A DNA stretch of 64,000 bases from Phoronis australis (GCA_002633005.1 NMRA01000753.1:102894-166893), one strand, 5' to 3'; positions 40,401 to 53,189 are shown, numbered from the stretch's first letter. The notes: generated by a model not told the origin, from the letters alone. Program-made: numbers and translations.

Positions 40401-40672
40401 CATGGGTGCAGCCAGGGGGGGGGGGCTCGTTCCGGGCTCGAACAAGCCCCCCCATTTGGCAAATTGGGCAAATAGGTCCGCTTCTGTGTTCAAACAGTCC
40501 GAGTATGTGAGACAAAAGGTCCCCAAAGTCCACAGGAATTCGGCGCGGATGCACAATTCGCAGGCCTGAACCTGGAGGTCCCGTTTTTTAAGTCCTCATT
40601 AAGTTTTTGCAGTAAAAAGTAAGCATATCGAAAAATTTGAGCCCCCTATATTTTAGACTGAGGGCATGCATG
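40401..40672. mobile_element. MITE, CA..TG termini, poly-G tract, 5-bp TSD tatag
   Basis: tatag|catgggtgcagccaggggggg ... ctgagggcatgcatg|tatag. Confidence 0.75.
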
Positions 40673-40874
40673 TATAGCTATGACAATTAAGGTAAATTTG
40701 GCAAAGAATTCCAACTCCACTTTTTGGACATCGTTAACTTTTCACCACACGCGTGATAACCAACTGAGTCACGTGAGTTAGGCAAAGGCTAGCATGAGAC
40801 TGAGCACAGCACATGACGGTGGCGAGTGACATTTACAAAATAGCATGGGAAGGTATCAGGTGAAATTTGTAAGG

Positions 40875-43162
40875 TTTGTGTCCCTTGGACTTTTTTCGTC
40901 AACATGCGTGATTTCATGTAACTTCCTCAAAATGGCACCCGGTATTAGAGAAACTAGAGCAAACGGTGTCAGATTTTCATGGATGTGTTCAAGTTATGCT
41001 GACTAAATTGTATCCAGAGTCATGGTATGTGTTAATCATAATGCCAGGTTCATTTGATTTTATTTGCTGTATTTTGAAATGCGTAACTTTTTATGGGGAT
41101 GTACTATCGCCCCTGTATGCCTGCGGCATCCAGGGAGATGTAATTGCCTAGAGTTGTATGAAGACTATCGTCAAAATATATTCAGTATACAGCTTTGCAC
41201 CTAGGCTAAAGATATCCCATAAAAAGTTACTCATTTCAAAACAGAACGAATGACATTGAATGAAGCAGGAAGATATGTGCAGAACTTTTTAATTAACATA
41301 TACCATGGCTGTGAAAACAATTTAAGGAGCATGCCACCCAAAAAACAACCTAATTTGTATCAATTTAGATCGAGTAGTTCTACTCCATAACGACACGTAC
41401 GGTTGCGTTACCTGACACCTGACGGCAGACGGAGGTGTTGAAATTATCCAACGACGTCATCGGTTTCACACACATTCTGTTCAGCAGTTCACAACATGGG
41501 TTACTGGTGTCAGCTTATCGCTTGAAGTCATCGTTTAACACCAATAGATCATCAAACTTCAATGTAAAACCCTTAAAAATACACCGAGTTCTTATAAAAA
41601 CGTGTTGTTTTATTTCGCTCTTACGGATTTATTGGTATTTGGACACACATAGCCTACAAACTTCGGCAGGCCAATACAAGGTCCGTAGCAGGACGTGAGT
41701 TTGGGATCTGTTCGGAGATAATTTCGAAGTATCTTCCGTGAGATACAGACTGGAGAACCTAGATCTGTGTTGTGTAGACTTGTGATTTTTTTAGTTCTAA
41801 ACACAAAACGCTTGTTATCCTGGCCAGTGGCTCGGAGCCCGATCAGGCCCGTCGCGGCGGGTCGAAGTGTCTCGTTATCCCAGCCAGTGGCTCGGAAACT
41901 GATCAGACATCACGAACATAAACCAGCCAAAGTTCAGTGGAAACTAAACTTCCAGTCAAGAAAATACTATACTAGTGAGCCAAAGTAATGTGCACCTGAT
42001 TATGTTGGTGAATTAGCCACGAAACAGCAAATCTACTTACTCGTCGGGGGCCGCGAATTCAGGTTCCGCTTTGGCCACAGCACCGTCAGGGCAGAAGTTG
42101 TACATTGACAATCATTACTTGAGTAAATAAAGATTCCCCTAACACCTGGCCGTGGGATGGAAATCGAGTTGTTTCACTACAGTTTCTGCCAGCAAACACA
42201 AACGGCCTCGGTGTCCTGTCAATTAGTTTTATTGCACCTAAACCCGGTACATGAACGCAGTGATCCATTCATTGCTGGCTTCTCAAATCATTTGCACTCA
42301 CGAACACTCCAAATGCATTACAAATTGCATGTAATGAGACAGCCTTTGTTTCAGTTTTATATAAGTATTGGTTAGGGTGAGAATAATTCATTTTGAAACA
42401 GAACGCTCAGTAATAAACGCCAACATCATGGCAACTCGCAATCCCGACTTAGGACGAGCTAGAGCTCATTAGTCCCGACTTCGCAGGTGGATCGTTAAGA
42501 TTTACAGGATATCATTTCGAACAGGAATATAGTGATGACGAAATACTAGAGAGGCGCCGTGAACAAGCTCGGACAACGGAACGTATGGAGTTATTTGATA
42601 AGCCGGCATAAGTTCGTCAGGCACTGTCGACGTCTGCAGGCCACAGACACGGAGATGTTTCACGGCCTCATACTTGCTATTTACAGCTCACATTTCATTC
42701 TTCACTACCAAGAGCCACTTCCTAAGCATTTCGGACTTTCGAGGAAGTAAAAAAAAAACGATATACCCGCTTTCCTCGCAGCTGCTTAGTTCGGACAAGC
42801 GGGAACGATGCACTGCAACATAGCGGCATTCACTCTGCATATGAACCACTGACGTCGCTAGCGTCGTTTCTCACCTTCCTCACAGGTTAACGCAACACCT
42901 CTTGGCAAGGTAAGGTCGACCGTATGCGAGGCGATTTGGCTATAGACCGATTAAGACGGCAAAAAAGACTAATTAAATTGGGTGGCATTCTCCTTTAAGT
43001 CTACATAATTTGAACATTTCCATGAACATCTGTCGAGTTTCACTCGAGGTTGCCATTTTGAGGAAGTCATGTAGAATCACACCGGTTCTCAAAAAAGTGC
43101 AAGGAACACAAGTACAGGAAGACATGACACGGGCCGAGTTTTTTATTGGTCCACCAACCCTG
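40875..43162. mobile_element. Foldback (Tc1/mariner-like) element split by nested insertion at 41325-42994
   Basis: Left arm (ttgtgtcccttggacttttt, gtgatttcatgtaacttcctcaaaatggca, catggtatgtgttaat, ttttgaaatgcgtaactttttatggggat) is mirrored partly at 41212-41324 and continues after 42998; right end accctg|ta; left terminus not identified. Confidence 0.75.
41325..42994. mobile_element. Kolobok-like non-autonomous DNA transposon (1670 bp)
   Basis: ttta|aggagcatgccacccaa ... ttgggtggcattctcct|ttaa: 17-bp TIR (16/17), AG termini, TTAA-type TSD; host foldback arm resumes exactly across it. Confidence 0.8.
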
Positions 43163-43684
43163 TATAGGGTAGGCTTAGTTGTGCTCATAGTAACTTGCCC
43201 ACTGAAAGTTATCACCAGAATCTGGCAAAAACTTTTAGTGACTGATGAAAGCCTGATGAATTCAAACGTACCTGGGGTTTTAAACATTACCATGCTCATT
43301 GGATCTTGAAGTTGTGCCAAATGAGGCGATAACTTAATGCATGTGCCATTTTCGAATTTGCGCAATTTTCCGATTGGCCAACGCTGATAAACTATCATGG
43401 TCATTTTCTTGAGTTGTTTAGTAGTTCTGATGTTCTTGTTAATAACGAAAACAGAATCCTATTATGGTAAGATGATAGTAAATGGACTAATTCAATGTTT
43501 CCAAGATCCTTCTTCAGAAACGTGGTACGGAACTCCAATCTGTTCATAGTTAAGCCATGTTAAATTAGGAATGCTAACTTTCCAAAGTGTATACATTCCT
43601 TGGAAACAACATAGCTTTGCATATGCATTAATTTACTATTGTCTACTGCGCCAGTAGTGAGCATCTTTGTTTTTTTTGTTTCAG

Positions 43685-43943
43685 GTTCCCAACTATCTGC
43701 CATCGATAAGTTCCGCAATTGGTGGTTACACACCTCAGCGCTACATTTGGCGTATTTGTGTAGGACTTCACAGTTGGCCTCGTCTCATGTTGGCATTTAT
43801 TAATTATAAACATTACTCATCATTTCACATCACTCACAACCCCGGCCTGTTTACACTGTTGCTTCGAGTCAGCTGTGCAATGAATGTTGTGGAAAATCTG
43901 GCTTTGATCACTCTATCAATGATATCATCAACTGAAAATTATG
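43685..43943 (+). CDS. PGAP2: PGAP2 exon 2
   Basis: tttcag|GTT...G|gtaagt; VPNYLPSISSAIGGYTPQRYIWRICVGLHSWPRL...NVVENLAL...SSTENY. Confidence 0.96.
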
Positions 43944-44610
43944 GTAAGTTTGTTTTTAAATAAGCCATAGAGTTATACCTGTAACCTGTCTGTATACATT
44001 TGTAGTATGAAATATTGTTGACTTCTTGTGATGTAGGAGATCACTTGGGAAATTTATGGGGTCTTATGGTAATACAGTTCTATATTAATGGATTAAGAGG
44101 TAAACTATTAATGAGTCTAAAAATTATTAACTCTTCCACTGCCACTTTTTCATAACCACATTTCCGAGTGCCAATTAAATTTTGAAGATTCATGTATAGT
44201 ATAGGGTGCAATCATTAAAAAAGCTCTAAGACTGTTATTTGGTGGAGGATTGTTTTGAATCTTTCAAGATAGGATATAGCCACATTGTCTTATGATTATA
44301 CACCTAGGCAGGTTGTATATTCTCCTGGTATGGTATTCAAGATTTCAGGTGAAAAAACTGTACCACTGGTCAATGAAGGGTTTTGGTTGAAATTCATACC
44401 CTACCGGTCCTAGTACATACCTCGTCTCATTTCTGACATTTCAAACTCGGATGATGAAACGGAATCATTTCAAATTTGTGAGTCAATTGAAACTTAACTA
44501 TGGACTATTTAGAAAGCGTTTCTTTGGAAACGTGTCTAAAAATTTGTCTTACCTCAATCCTTGTTGCATGATTACAGAGCAGATCTAAATGTTTTTCTGT
44601 CTTCTTTCAG

Positions 44611-44720
44611 GTGTACATGAGAAAGCATTTATCCTCTTCATGATAGGTTCCATCTCCTACATGCTAATCACCTGTATACTCTTCAGGTGGGCGAAGTCGC
44701 CCGACCTTATGACCCAGCAG
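44611..44720 (+). CDS. PGAP2: PGAP2 exon 3
   Basis: ctttcag|GT...CAG|gtatgt; (G)VHEKAFILFMIGSISYMLITCILFRW. Confidence 0.95.
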
Positions 44721-45381
44721 GTATGTTTAAGTAATAGTTTGTTGAAGAGTGGAGATGGTTTATATAGAACCTCACAAGCCAGCGGTAATGGTACCAATGT
44801 TGGCAAGTTGTCATGTAAGATATTACAAATGCTTTGTGAGTAAAGAACTTACTAGTGAATTTTTTGCCTTTAAAGACATTATTGCTGCATTTAATGTATT
44901 CATGTTATACAAGACACCCAAACCTTTGTGGGAACATTCAGGTATTTGAGTATACAAACGAGTGTTTGTACGCTCATTACAAGTGATTGTAAATGTGCTT
45001 AAAGAATGATCTAAATGCTCAAATCTGCATGTTTGGTAAACTTAAAATTTTAAACTGTCCGCTCGTATTTTGCACTGCGCATTCGGAAGTGCACTTGTAC
45101 AACTGATTGTGTGTGCAGATGTTTGGGTGTCGTGTAATACATGTATCTTGTTTTAAGGAATGGAATGTTGACAGTTAATTTGTGGCTTTCAGTGAGTTAC
45201 CTATTAACTCCCAAATGTGCCAATCGGTGACTGTTTTTTGCAAACGTATCAAACATCAACTCAAATCTCATGTATATTTTTGACTTGTTGAGGTAGCTGT
45301 TCTATGCTTTCTTGTTGTACAGCGTTGTAACTGATGTGGCTGAGTATTATTTGAAAAAAATAACTTTATATTCTTTTGCAG

Positions 45382-45490
45382 GATTCCAAGTCATACAAGT
45401 ACAAGATCAGGATATTCGCCTTCAATGTGCTGTCATTTGTTGCAGCTGCTTATTTCTTTTATCGTCACAACACCTACTGTGAACCTGGAG
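45382..45490 (+). CDS. PGAP2: PGAP2 exon 4
   Basis: ttttgcag|GAT...G|gtaag; DSKSYKYKIRIFAFNVLSFVAAAYFFYRHNTYCEPG (RHNxYCEPG signature); ends phase 1. Confidence 0.96.
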
Positions 45491-45728
45491 GTAAGATGAT
45501 TGGTTAGGGAAACCACTAAGCACAGTGAAACCGTGGAGTTGACTGACTGCTTCAGCAGCAATATTCATGGTCACTCACTTGATTTATGTCAGATGAAGTT
45601 TGCAATTTTAACTTCACATGATAAACACTGCGTGGTACTTTAAAATAGACCTTCACAAGACATGATTCCTTTTATTAAAAATGCATTTTGTCCTAATTGT
45701 GGCTCAAGCATTTTCTTGAAATCTAATA

Positions 45729-47234
45729 CCGTATTCGCTGTAATGACCGCCCATGCCCCTATAAGCGCCCCCCACGCGTTTTCAGACTTTGCTAAAATAA
45801 GCGCCCAGTCCATGAACGTGTACGTGTGAAAAATGCCTTACCTACCGCCCTAAAATTCTACAGTAACGTCTTCAATGCATCAATAATATCCGACATTCCT
45901 GAAAAAAATCATATTGCGCAGAATTTGTTGACTACAAGCCTCGCCGCTATGTCGGTATTTAGCCGTGATTATATACTTCAAACTTCTGCCATGCCTCAAA
46001 ACGAACACATAAGTTCTGCTGATATTGCGAGGACCAATGGTCTGGCCTTTCAGAACAGAAGTAGACAAGTCAAGTTTACTTGTCTACGGCATTGCTTTGT
46101 AGATATTTCCCGCTTTCAACTGGAATCCAAATTTCTTTGAAGTCCTACACGTGAAAACCGCGAATCGATGTCTAATAAAAAGCTTGGCTCATACAATCAC
46201 ATAAAGATGTCTATGGCTTGGCCAGTGTTAAAAGCACGTGTCCAGGAAGCACGCGCTACATATATGAATCTGTCATCAAAGGCATTAGTCAGGAACTATC
46301 CATTCATGAAATGGGTAGCATAACATCGGCAAGAAATGAATATTGGCACTAATTTCCGACAGTTTCTCATACTATAAAAAATGTTTTCGTTATTTTTAAA
46401 ATGAATTGTTTGCCAATAATTGGTGTTTTAAGCCAAATATCCGATAAAATGACCACTGACAGTGAATGCTTACACACCCTTACACCGGAAAATAACTGTC
46501 AGATAGTCACGTACGCATCCAGCCACACGGCGACTAATATGGCCTTACCGAGACAAATGTCGAACATTTTTAGCACATGAGAACGGCAAGAGCAAATTTC
46601 TTTAGATACACATCTAGCTCGTTAGATTGCATGGCTTTGGCCAAAAGATGGTCTGGTAAATGAACTCTGGTGACATGCACTCGCTTGCTTACTCACATAC
46701 GCAGACAACTTCAAAACAAACCTCACGTGACAACAACATGTGTGTTCGTCCGGACATTTTTCTCATGTTACCGATCATACATGTAGATGGCACGATGTAG
46801 CACAGATTTGTACTTAAACCTGCCGTGATCCCGACTCCACGGGAACTTAAAAATCTTAGGGACGCTACTTGGAAAACTTAAGGAGGATTTCAGGTAATTT
46901 GCTTGAGTCAAAACTGTATTTTTATTCAAGCATTCAAGTCGCCATATCGACGATTGCGAGGCAGGCAGTAGGCGAGTTTTCGCCGTGGGATTTCAGCACA
47001 ATTTTCTGTAAAATGATCGTAATTTAGCAGCAAAGTTTGATAGCAATGCACCACGGTTTTGTAGAAAGTCTTTCATAGATTACAGATAAGTCTCAGAGTG
47101 TAAATATGATGAATCTTAGCTTCCGATTTCACCCATTTCGGAGACCAGGTTTTAACGGCCTTGGGTTATAATAAGTGCTCCCCCTTGAAACGAACTTTTC
47201 TAAGGGCCCTGGGCGATTATTACGACGAATACGG
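45729..47234. mobile_element. Tc1/mariner(pogo)-type non-autonomous element, TA TSD, in PGAP2 intron 4
   Basis: ta|ccgtattcgctgtaatgaccgccca ... tgggcgattattacgacgaatacgg|ta; subterminal ataagcgccc repeats; no intact transposase seen. Confidence 0.85.
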
Positions 47235-47469
47235 TAAGCAATTAGGTTGCTTGATATTAGAAAGCTTACCATGTCCACTCGTTGCAAGCGCCTCCTAGTG
47301 TACAGACTTAAAAAGACAGGGTGTTCCTTTATGCCTTAAAAGTAATGACGGTCATGCTCACCTAGTTATGATGATGTTGGACTCAGGTAATGAGTATGAC
47401 AATGTACAAACTGATAATTTGCTGTTGGCTACAAATGCATCTAATGTCATTACTTTTTTCTTTTTACAG

Positions 47470-47612
47470 TCTACACCTTGTTCTCGCTGTGTGAATACCT
47501 GGTTGTCCTTAGCAACATCTGGTTCCACTGCACATTCTTTATTGACCATCCACATTCTTGCTTTGACTTTAACACACCTGTCCGATGGCAAGATGGGAAT
47601 AAACACTGGTAG
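47470..47612 (+). CDS. PGAP2: PGAP2 alternative terminal exon 5a (260-aa isoform)
   Basis: tttttttacag|TC TAC ACC; (V)YTLFSLCEYLVVLSNIWFHCTFFIDHPHSCFDFNTPVRWQDGNKHW*; phase matches exon 4. Confidence 0.88.
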
Positions 47613-48658
47613 TGTCGTGCATTGGTTTCTGTGGGAGTACTGGAGAGAATCTCTAACAGTTCAGGATACATTAGTAAAGTAGTACTGTGTGGTCATGTTA
47701 GAGCTATGATTAGTAGTGCCCTCTACCTGGAAATATTTAACTTCATGTTGTGCACAACACTTCAAGTAAAATCATTTAAAAGATTCTTTTCATTAGTGGT
47801 ACATGATCCTTCACCAGCCACTGATATGCTGAAGTCCCCTATTCATACCAGGTGGCAGCATCAGTCATGGGGTCCTTGTAACCCTTCAGTGATGCATTGC
47901 TTAACTCTCCTGTTGTACTATGTCCTGGACTTTCGGCATGATCAAAGGATTGTTTCTGAACAAGTCTGCTCATATGAAATGCAAACTTTGGGTTTCTTAC
48001 CATTTGAGACGATACAAAATATCTGATTTGATTGCGTGAGATAGCTTTGTGATTACGTAAAAATTGACTTATGTAGTTTTGGTTTAATCACACGCTTTCT
48101 TAGGTAATTCTTACTTATTTGTTTACTGATACTGTGAATGGTATTACATTGGTAACTGTAAGCCTCTTCTGGTAATCCAGTGTTAGTGTTTATTCCTCTG
48201 TTTAGTACAGTTTCTTGTAGTTTTACATTGAAACTTACCAAAAAAACAAAAACATTCAATTGTAGTTTTGACAGATGGATAATTCACTGTGAAAGCATTC
48301 CTGTGAATGTAGGCGCCATCCTTTATTCTTAATGGAAACAGAGTGGGATGTTTGCGAATGTGTTATTCCAAGTGCACATCTTCTGCTACAAAAATAGTAA
48401 GAGTAATTCACATCTGGGTTAGTTTACTGAACCTCTTATGAGTCAAGTCTTTTACATGTTACTGAGTATGTAATTGTAATCTCTACAATCATACACACAG
48501 AACCCAATGCAGCACTGTAGTTCTCTCGATTCCCATTATATAAGGTGCATTGTCTGTCTTCCCGTACGCCCATCACCATGCATGTCTCCTCACACCCTCT
48601 TCACCTACTGCCACCAGTTGCATCACCATAACGCTGATTCCGACTTGTATTTTTGCAG

Positions 48659-48810
48659 TTTACACTGGTTTTGCCGTGGGTGAATACTGTATTGTCTCAT
48701 CTAACATTGCATTCCACACCACCGTGCTGCATTGGGATTATGGCTCATTTGCATACCTTGAACCAGTTAGGACTAATGTAAATGGTAGGACATACAACGA
48801 TTACGTCTGA
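48659..48810 (+). CDS. PGAP2: PGAP2 alternative terminal exon 5b (263-aa isoform)
   Basis: tatttttgcag|TT TAC ACT; (V)YTGFAVGEYCIVSSNIAFHTTVLHWDYGSFAYLEPVRTNVNGRTYNDYV*; phase matches exon 4. Confidence 0.88.
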
Positions 48811-49694
48811 CGGTATTGAGGACTGGTGTTCACACCAAGACTGTAACAGTATTTTGTTCATAGTGAGTGGTTCATGAGGAAACTATCGATAATATGCAAT
48901 AGATGAAAGCACAAACAGCAGTTTTCTGATTTGTCTGTTAAAATCATGGTATTTATTTGTGCTTGCATTAACTTGTGCAACAGTACTATATGTATGTATG
49001 TATGAAGTTAATTAAGGACATGGATGGGCTGAGATATTGTTATTGTATTGAAGACAGTTGTTTTATATGAGCAAGTGCACTGCACGTGTATAAACCTCAT
49101 TCTGATATAGTTGTCGGCAGATATGGTCTCATTTCGCGTTTAGAGGTATAGTTGACATACGATTGAGCGCAACTTGCTCTACCTCACAAACAGGTGACAG
49201 AAGTTGTCACTGTGATGTCAATTTGCTCCATGTCAGTTCTTTTTACACACATACTTGTGCCTGATCATCCTATTTCGTGTCAGCAGAGGTAACTTTTTTA
49301 GTGTACACAGGACTTAAGACTATCTTTTAAGAGAAACTGTTGTATGATAGTTGCTGGACTATTATCAAATATCAGTTCATGAATTTGCTATTCAAATTGT
49401 AATATTCTGAAATCGATTTTTTAACATTAGGATGTCAAAGACTGTAATAATATTTCTGGTTTGCTCAAGAAGTGTTACAATTTTGGTATGTTCTGAATTG
49501 ACAAACATTGCATGTAGGTGTAAGTAGCAGATAGTCCTATGACCTTTGGTGTTTTTATTGTACTTAATGGATGTAACAATACTTTGATATAATACTTCTT
49601 TCTTTTTTGGTCTTTTGTTTACTTTCATTGACTATGTCATGTGCATATTTGGGCTTATGCACCTTGAAATGATTTGATTTTTATGTGCTCACCT

Positions 49695-50643
49695 CATAGG
49701 CGGATATAGGGCCCCCCCTTGGCTGCCGCAAAAAAGAATAAAACAGCAAGAGCGTAGGGAAATGTTGAGTTTATTAATTAACCCCTGTAATTAAAATTAT
49801 ACGGATGAAACAACATTTAAATGTGTGCAGTTTTAGTGTTTGGGGGGATCCAATTTCAAGTGTCAAATTCGGAACACGGCTTATTCGTAACGGAACTACG
49901 GCTAAGTATAGGCTCTCCCGCGATATCCCAGGCGACCGGCAGTGGCGCTGCGCACTACGACTCCGTTTCCGTCGTCTGTTCCACTGTGCAATGAAGAAAA
50001 TTTACTTCATTTTTTAAAGAAAATGGAACCTGAGTGACGAAAAAACAGAAGCTGCTAGTAAGATGTGAATTTTAATCGAAGCCTTAGTGAATCACTCAGA
50101 AACGAATAATTCTCTCTTTGTCAAACCTTAACTTAAGACGATTTCCAAAGCAATTGCCAACACGAAAAACCGATTTGGCCTTTTGGGCATTTGAAGACTA
50201 CAACAAATACAACAAATTTGTTAAGAACCAATTGCACAAAATATAAAACGTGTAATAAGCATTACAAAAAGAAGTAGGTTACGCGCGAAAACGCTGTGGA
50301 CCATAAACAAGTAGGTCTCTTATTATACCATCAGTAGTTAAGTCGTGGTGGTGTAGTAGTAAAGCATGCGCGCTCTATTCACCAGGTTGTGACTTCAAGT
50401 CTGGTACTTTGCACTTTTCCTGTTTGACACGTTCTCTGTTTTTTTTTTGCCTTTTTTCTTGGATAATACTTCAGGAATCGAGGAAAATGCTTGATTTTTA
50501 GAGGAAAAAACAGAAAAATTTCCTGGGCGGGAAAACCCCCCTCCCGACCTCCCCCCATTCAGTGCTATGCGCATCTACAATCGTGGTTTNTTACAGGCGG
50601 ACAAAATGTTGCCCCCCCTTGCAATATCCTAGATCCGCCACTG
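49695..50643. mobile_element. MITE/non-autonomous element, CA..TG termini, perfect 5-bp TSD cacct
   Basis: cacct|cataggcggatatagg ... cctagatccgccactg|cacct; same terminal type as 28112-28417. Confidence 0.82.
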
Positions 50644-50660
50644 CACCTGTATATTTGAGG

Positions 50661-50843
50661 CAACATTGTGCCTGGCCATCCCCATTGGTCCAACTGGTTG
50701 TGTTGCAACATTATGCCTGGTCATCCCCATTGGTCCAACTGGTTGTGTTGCAACATTATGCCTGGTTATCCCCATTGGTCCAACTGGTTGTGTTGCAACA
50801 TTATGCCTGGTCATCCCTATTGGTCCAGCTGGTTGTGTTGCAC
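50661..50843. repeat. 45-bp tandem repeat x4
   Basis: caacattatgcctggtcatccccattggtccaactggttgtgttg units. Confidence 0.95.
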
Positions 50844-51470
50844 ACGGCTTCTTCTGCTGCATCTCCTGTAATTTCTGGAAATTTTGTAGACCTGTTGCTT
50901 TCATAGGCTGGGTACCATGGATGAAATTTCGCACAAATGCAACTACTGCCTGCTCCAGGTGGCAATTTTTTGTACTTTTGTCACTATCTTCCGAGTTTTA
51001 TGGAAGTTGGCAAATACGTTTCTTTAAATGAAGGGGCAACACTTTTGTTTTCAGAAGGATTCGATTTATGCCGCGTCATCTGGTGATCCTTTTTGCTGGC
51101 TTTGCGTCTCTGGCCGCCAATCCTTTCAAAGAAGTGAAATTGTGAGATTTGTTCCTACATGTACTGGACTGAGAAGAGCAGGGTTGACGTGAAGTTATTA
51201 GCCTTTAGAGATATAAAACAATTTAATTCATTACGAATGCCTTAGTATCGGACATTCCCTGAAATTGTGGCATTTTAAAAGCCAGCGTAGACGGAGATCT
51301 ACGGGTTTTGAATACACATGAGGCCCAGGCTATAGCTCACGCCTGCGGGATGAGGATTTTGCGAACTCGCGAGGTGAATATCTGGCTTATTGGATTTCTT
51401 TCACTTGGCGAAAGTAAGCCTTCACATCATGCGATCATGTTAAGATACGTGTAAGCCCTTGCCCGATTGA

Positions 51471-53189
51471 TAAGTAAGTAAGTAAGTAATTTTTTATTAT
51501 AGTGACATGTGTTTAAATGAATTTAAACAATGAATACGTAACAAAGACTAGAAACACCCAGCTCTCCATGGGGCTTATAAGTCACTTTAGATACATGATA
51601 CAAAAAAGAAATGACAAGTGTGACACGCATTGCAAGAGGACCAGAAAGAGAAGGCCGAGATAAAAGTGATTATGAATAAAAATAATTTTTCCTTCAAAAA
51701 TATTTTTGATGAAAACTGAAGTTTTTCTAATAACATCTTTTTGCATGATTGTAATTAATTTACTTTCACAGCCTTCTGAACGGAATCCTGGATATTTAAT
51801 CTCAACTTGACGGTAAAAGGTGTTTCTGGCATCTAAGGAAAACAGACACTCAAACAGAAAATGTAGTTCAGTTTCGACCTGACCAGTGTGACAAAGACAG
51901 CAAATTCTGTCATCAAAATCTAGAGAACGAAAACGCCCAACCTCAACCAATAGCTGTAGGGTTCCGGTTCTAATTGAAGTAGGAATTGACCTAGGCCGAG
52001 TTAAGTCTAAATGCACGTAAGGCCCAACTTCAAAGACATTCTTCATCAAAATGCAGGTTCTTCTTTCAAACAACCACCTATTACAGGCTAAATCATGCAA
52101 AATATTCTTACAGTGAGACAGATTAACTGAACGTAAGTTATGAAAACGATCCGAAATCCCTAATTCTTCAAAAATACTTCAGAAGACCAATTATTAGTAC
52201 AAGTAGTGTAGTCCCACCAAAATATTCGGTATGTTAGTCTATCATCCTCGAAATTAATATTACGATTCCACATTCTCAAAAGCTCAACACTGGGGAACTC
52301 CCACCCCATGTCACCCATAACAGCATGATTAGGAGCGAAGTTGTGAACGCCCAAGAAAAATCGCGCGGCTCTATATCTGAATGACATCATAATCCTGTAG
52401 ACTAGAGCCGCCCCAGACACCTACACAATAATCTCGAACAGGCACAACACAAGCATTGAATAATGTAGTGAACGTTCTGTACCCCATATTTTTATTCTTT
52501 TTAAATTTATTAATTAAAGCGCCCAAAGCTCTTCCGGCAGATTCGGATAGAGTTTTAGCAGTTTCAGAAAACTTCAAATGTTCATTTAAAATTATTCCTA
52601 AATATTTATAGTTGAGTACATATTCTAGATCTAGTCGACCCAACCGAAATGGATATAAACTAAGAGAGACATGCTTGGATCTGAAGTGATCTGATTGACA
52701 ATTAGCCTCCATTTAGAGCACCATTTATCAACTATATTCAATAAACCCTGTAAATTTTCTTCGCTCTCAGCAAGTACCACTACATCATCAGCATGAAACA
52801 AAGATGAAACATTATCAGCACCGATAGGAATTCCTAAACTTGACTGTATTAATTCCTTTGCCAAATCATTTATAAATAGTGCAAAAAGAGTAGGTGATAA
52901 AACATCTCCCTGTTTGACCCCACAAGATGTATAAAACCAGTCCGTAAAGGTATTATTAATCTTAACACAGGATTGAGTTTTGGCACAAATATTTTTAACC
53001 TATTCATAAAATTTTCCAACTATCATAAGATCCAACATTTTAAAAAGTAAACTATTTCTATCTACCCAGTCAAAGGCTTTTTGCATATCAATAAAAGTAG
53101 CTCTGGATTGTTTGTTATTCACACAATTACGTATAATCGAGATCAAAACAATTAAAGACTTGATCAACATATGCTTGTATTTAAAATAG
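51471..53189 (-). mobile_element. 5'-truncated, frameshifted non-LTR retrotransposon (RT + C-terminal Cys/His motif; RTE-X-like)
   Basis: Minus-strand fragments FIDMQKAFDWVDR, GVKQGDVLSPTLF, LFHADDVVVLAESEENLQ, YKYLGI, VEVGRF...ICCLC...ETELHFLFEC; 3' aataaaaaa + (TTAC)n tail at 51471-51500. Confidence 0.88.

Noticed and set aside
42973-43404. 143-aa minus-strand ORF in PGAP2 intron 1
   Set aside because: Runs across transposon boundaries with no recognisable domain
49302-49380. Possible third PGAP2 terminal exon (ttttttag|TG TAC ACA GGA = VYTG, later tcaaatatc = SNI)
   Set aside because: Stop after 9 codons, no EY, and spacing does not match 5a/5b; chance or an unprovable relic
50562-51031. 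Several overlapping ~100-aa ORFs
   Set aside because: Produced by the 45-bp tandem repeat
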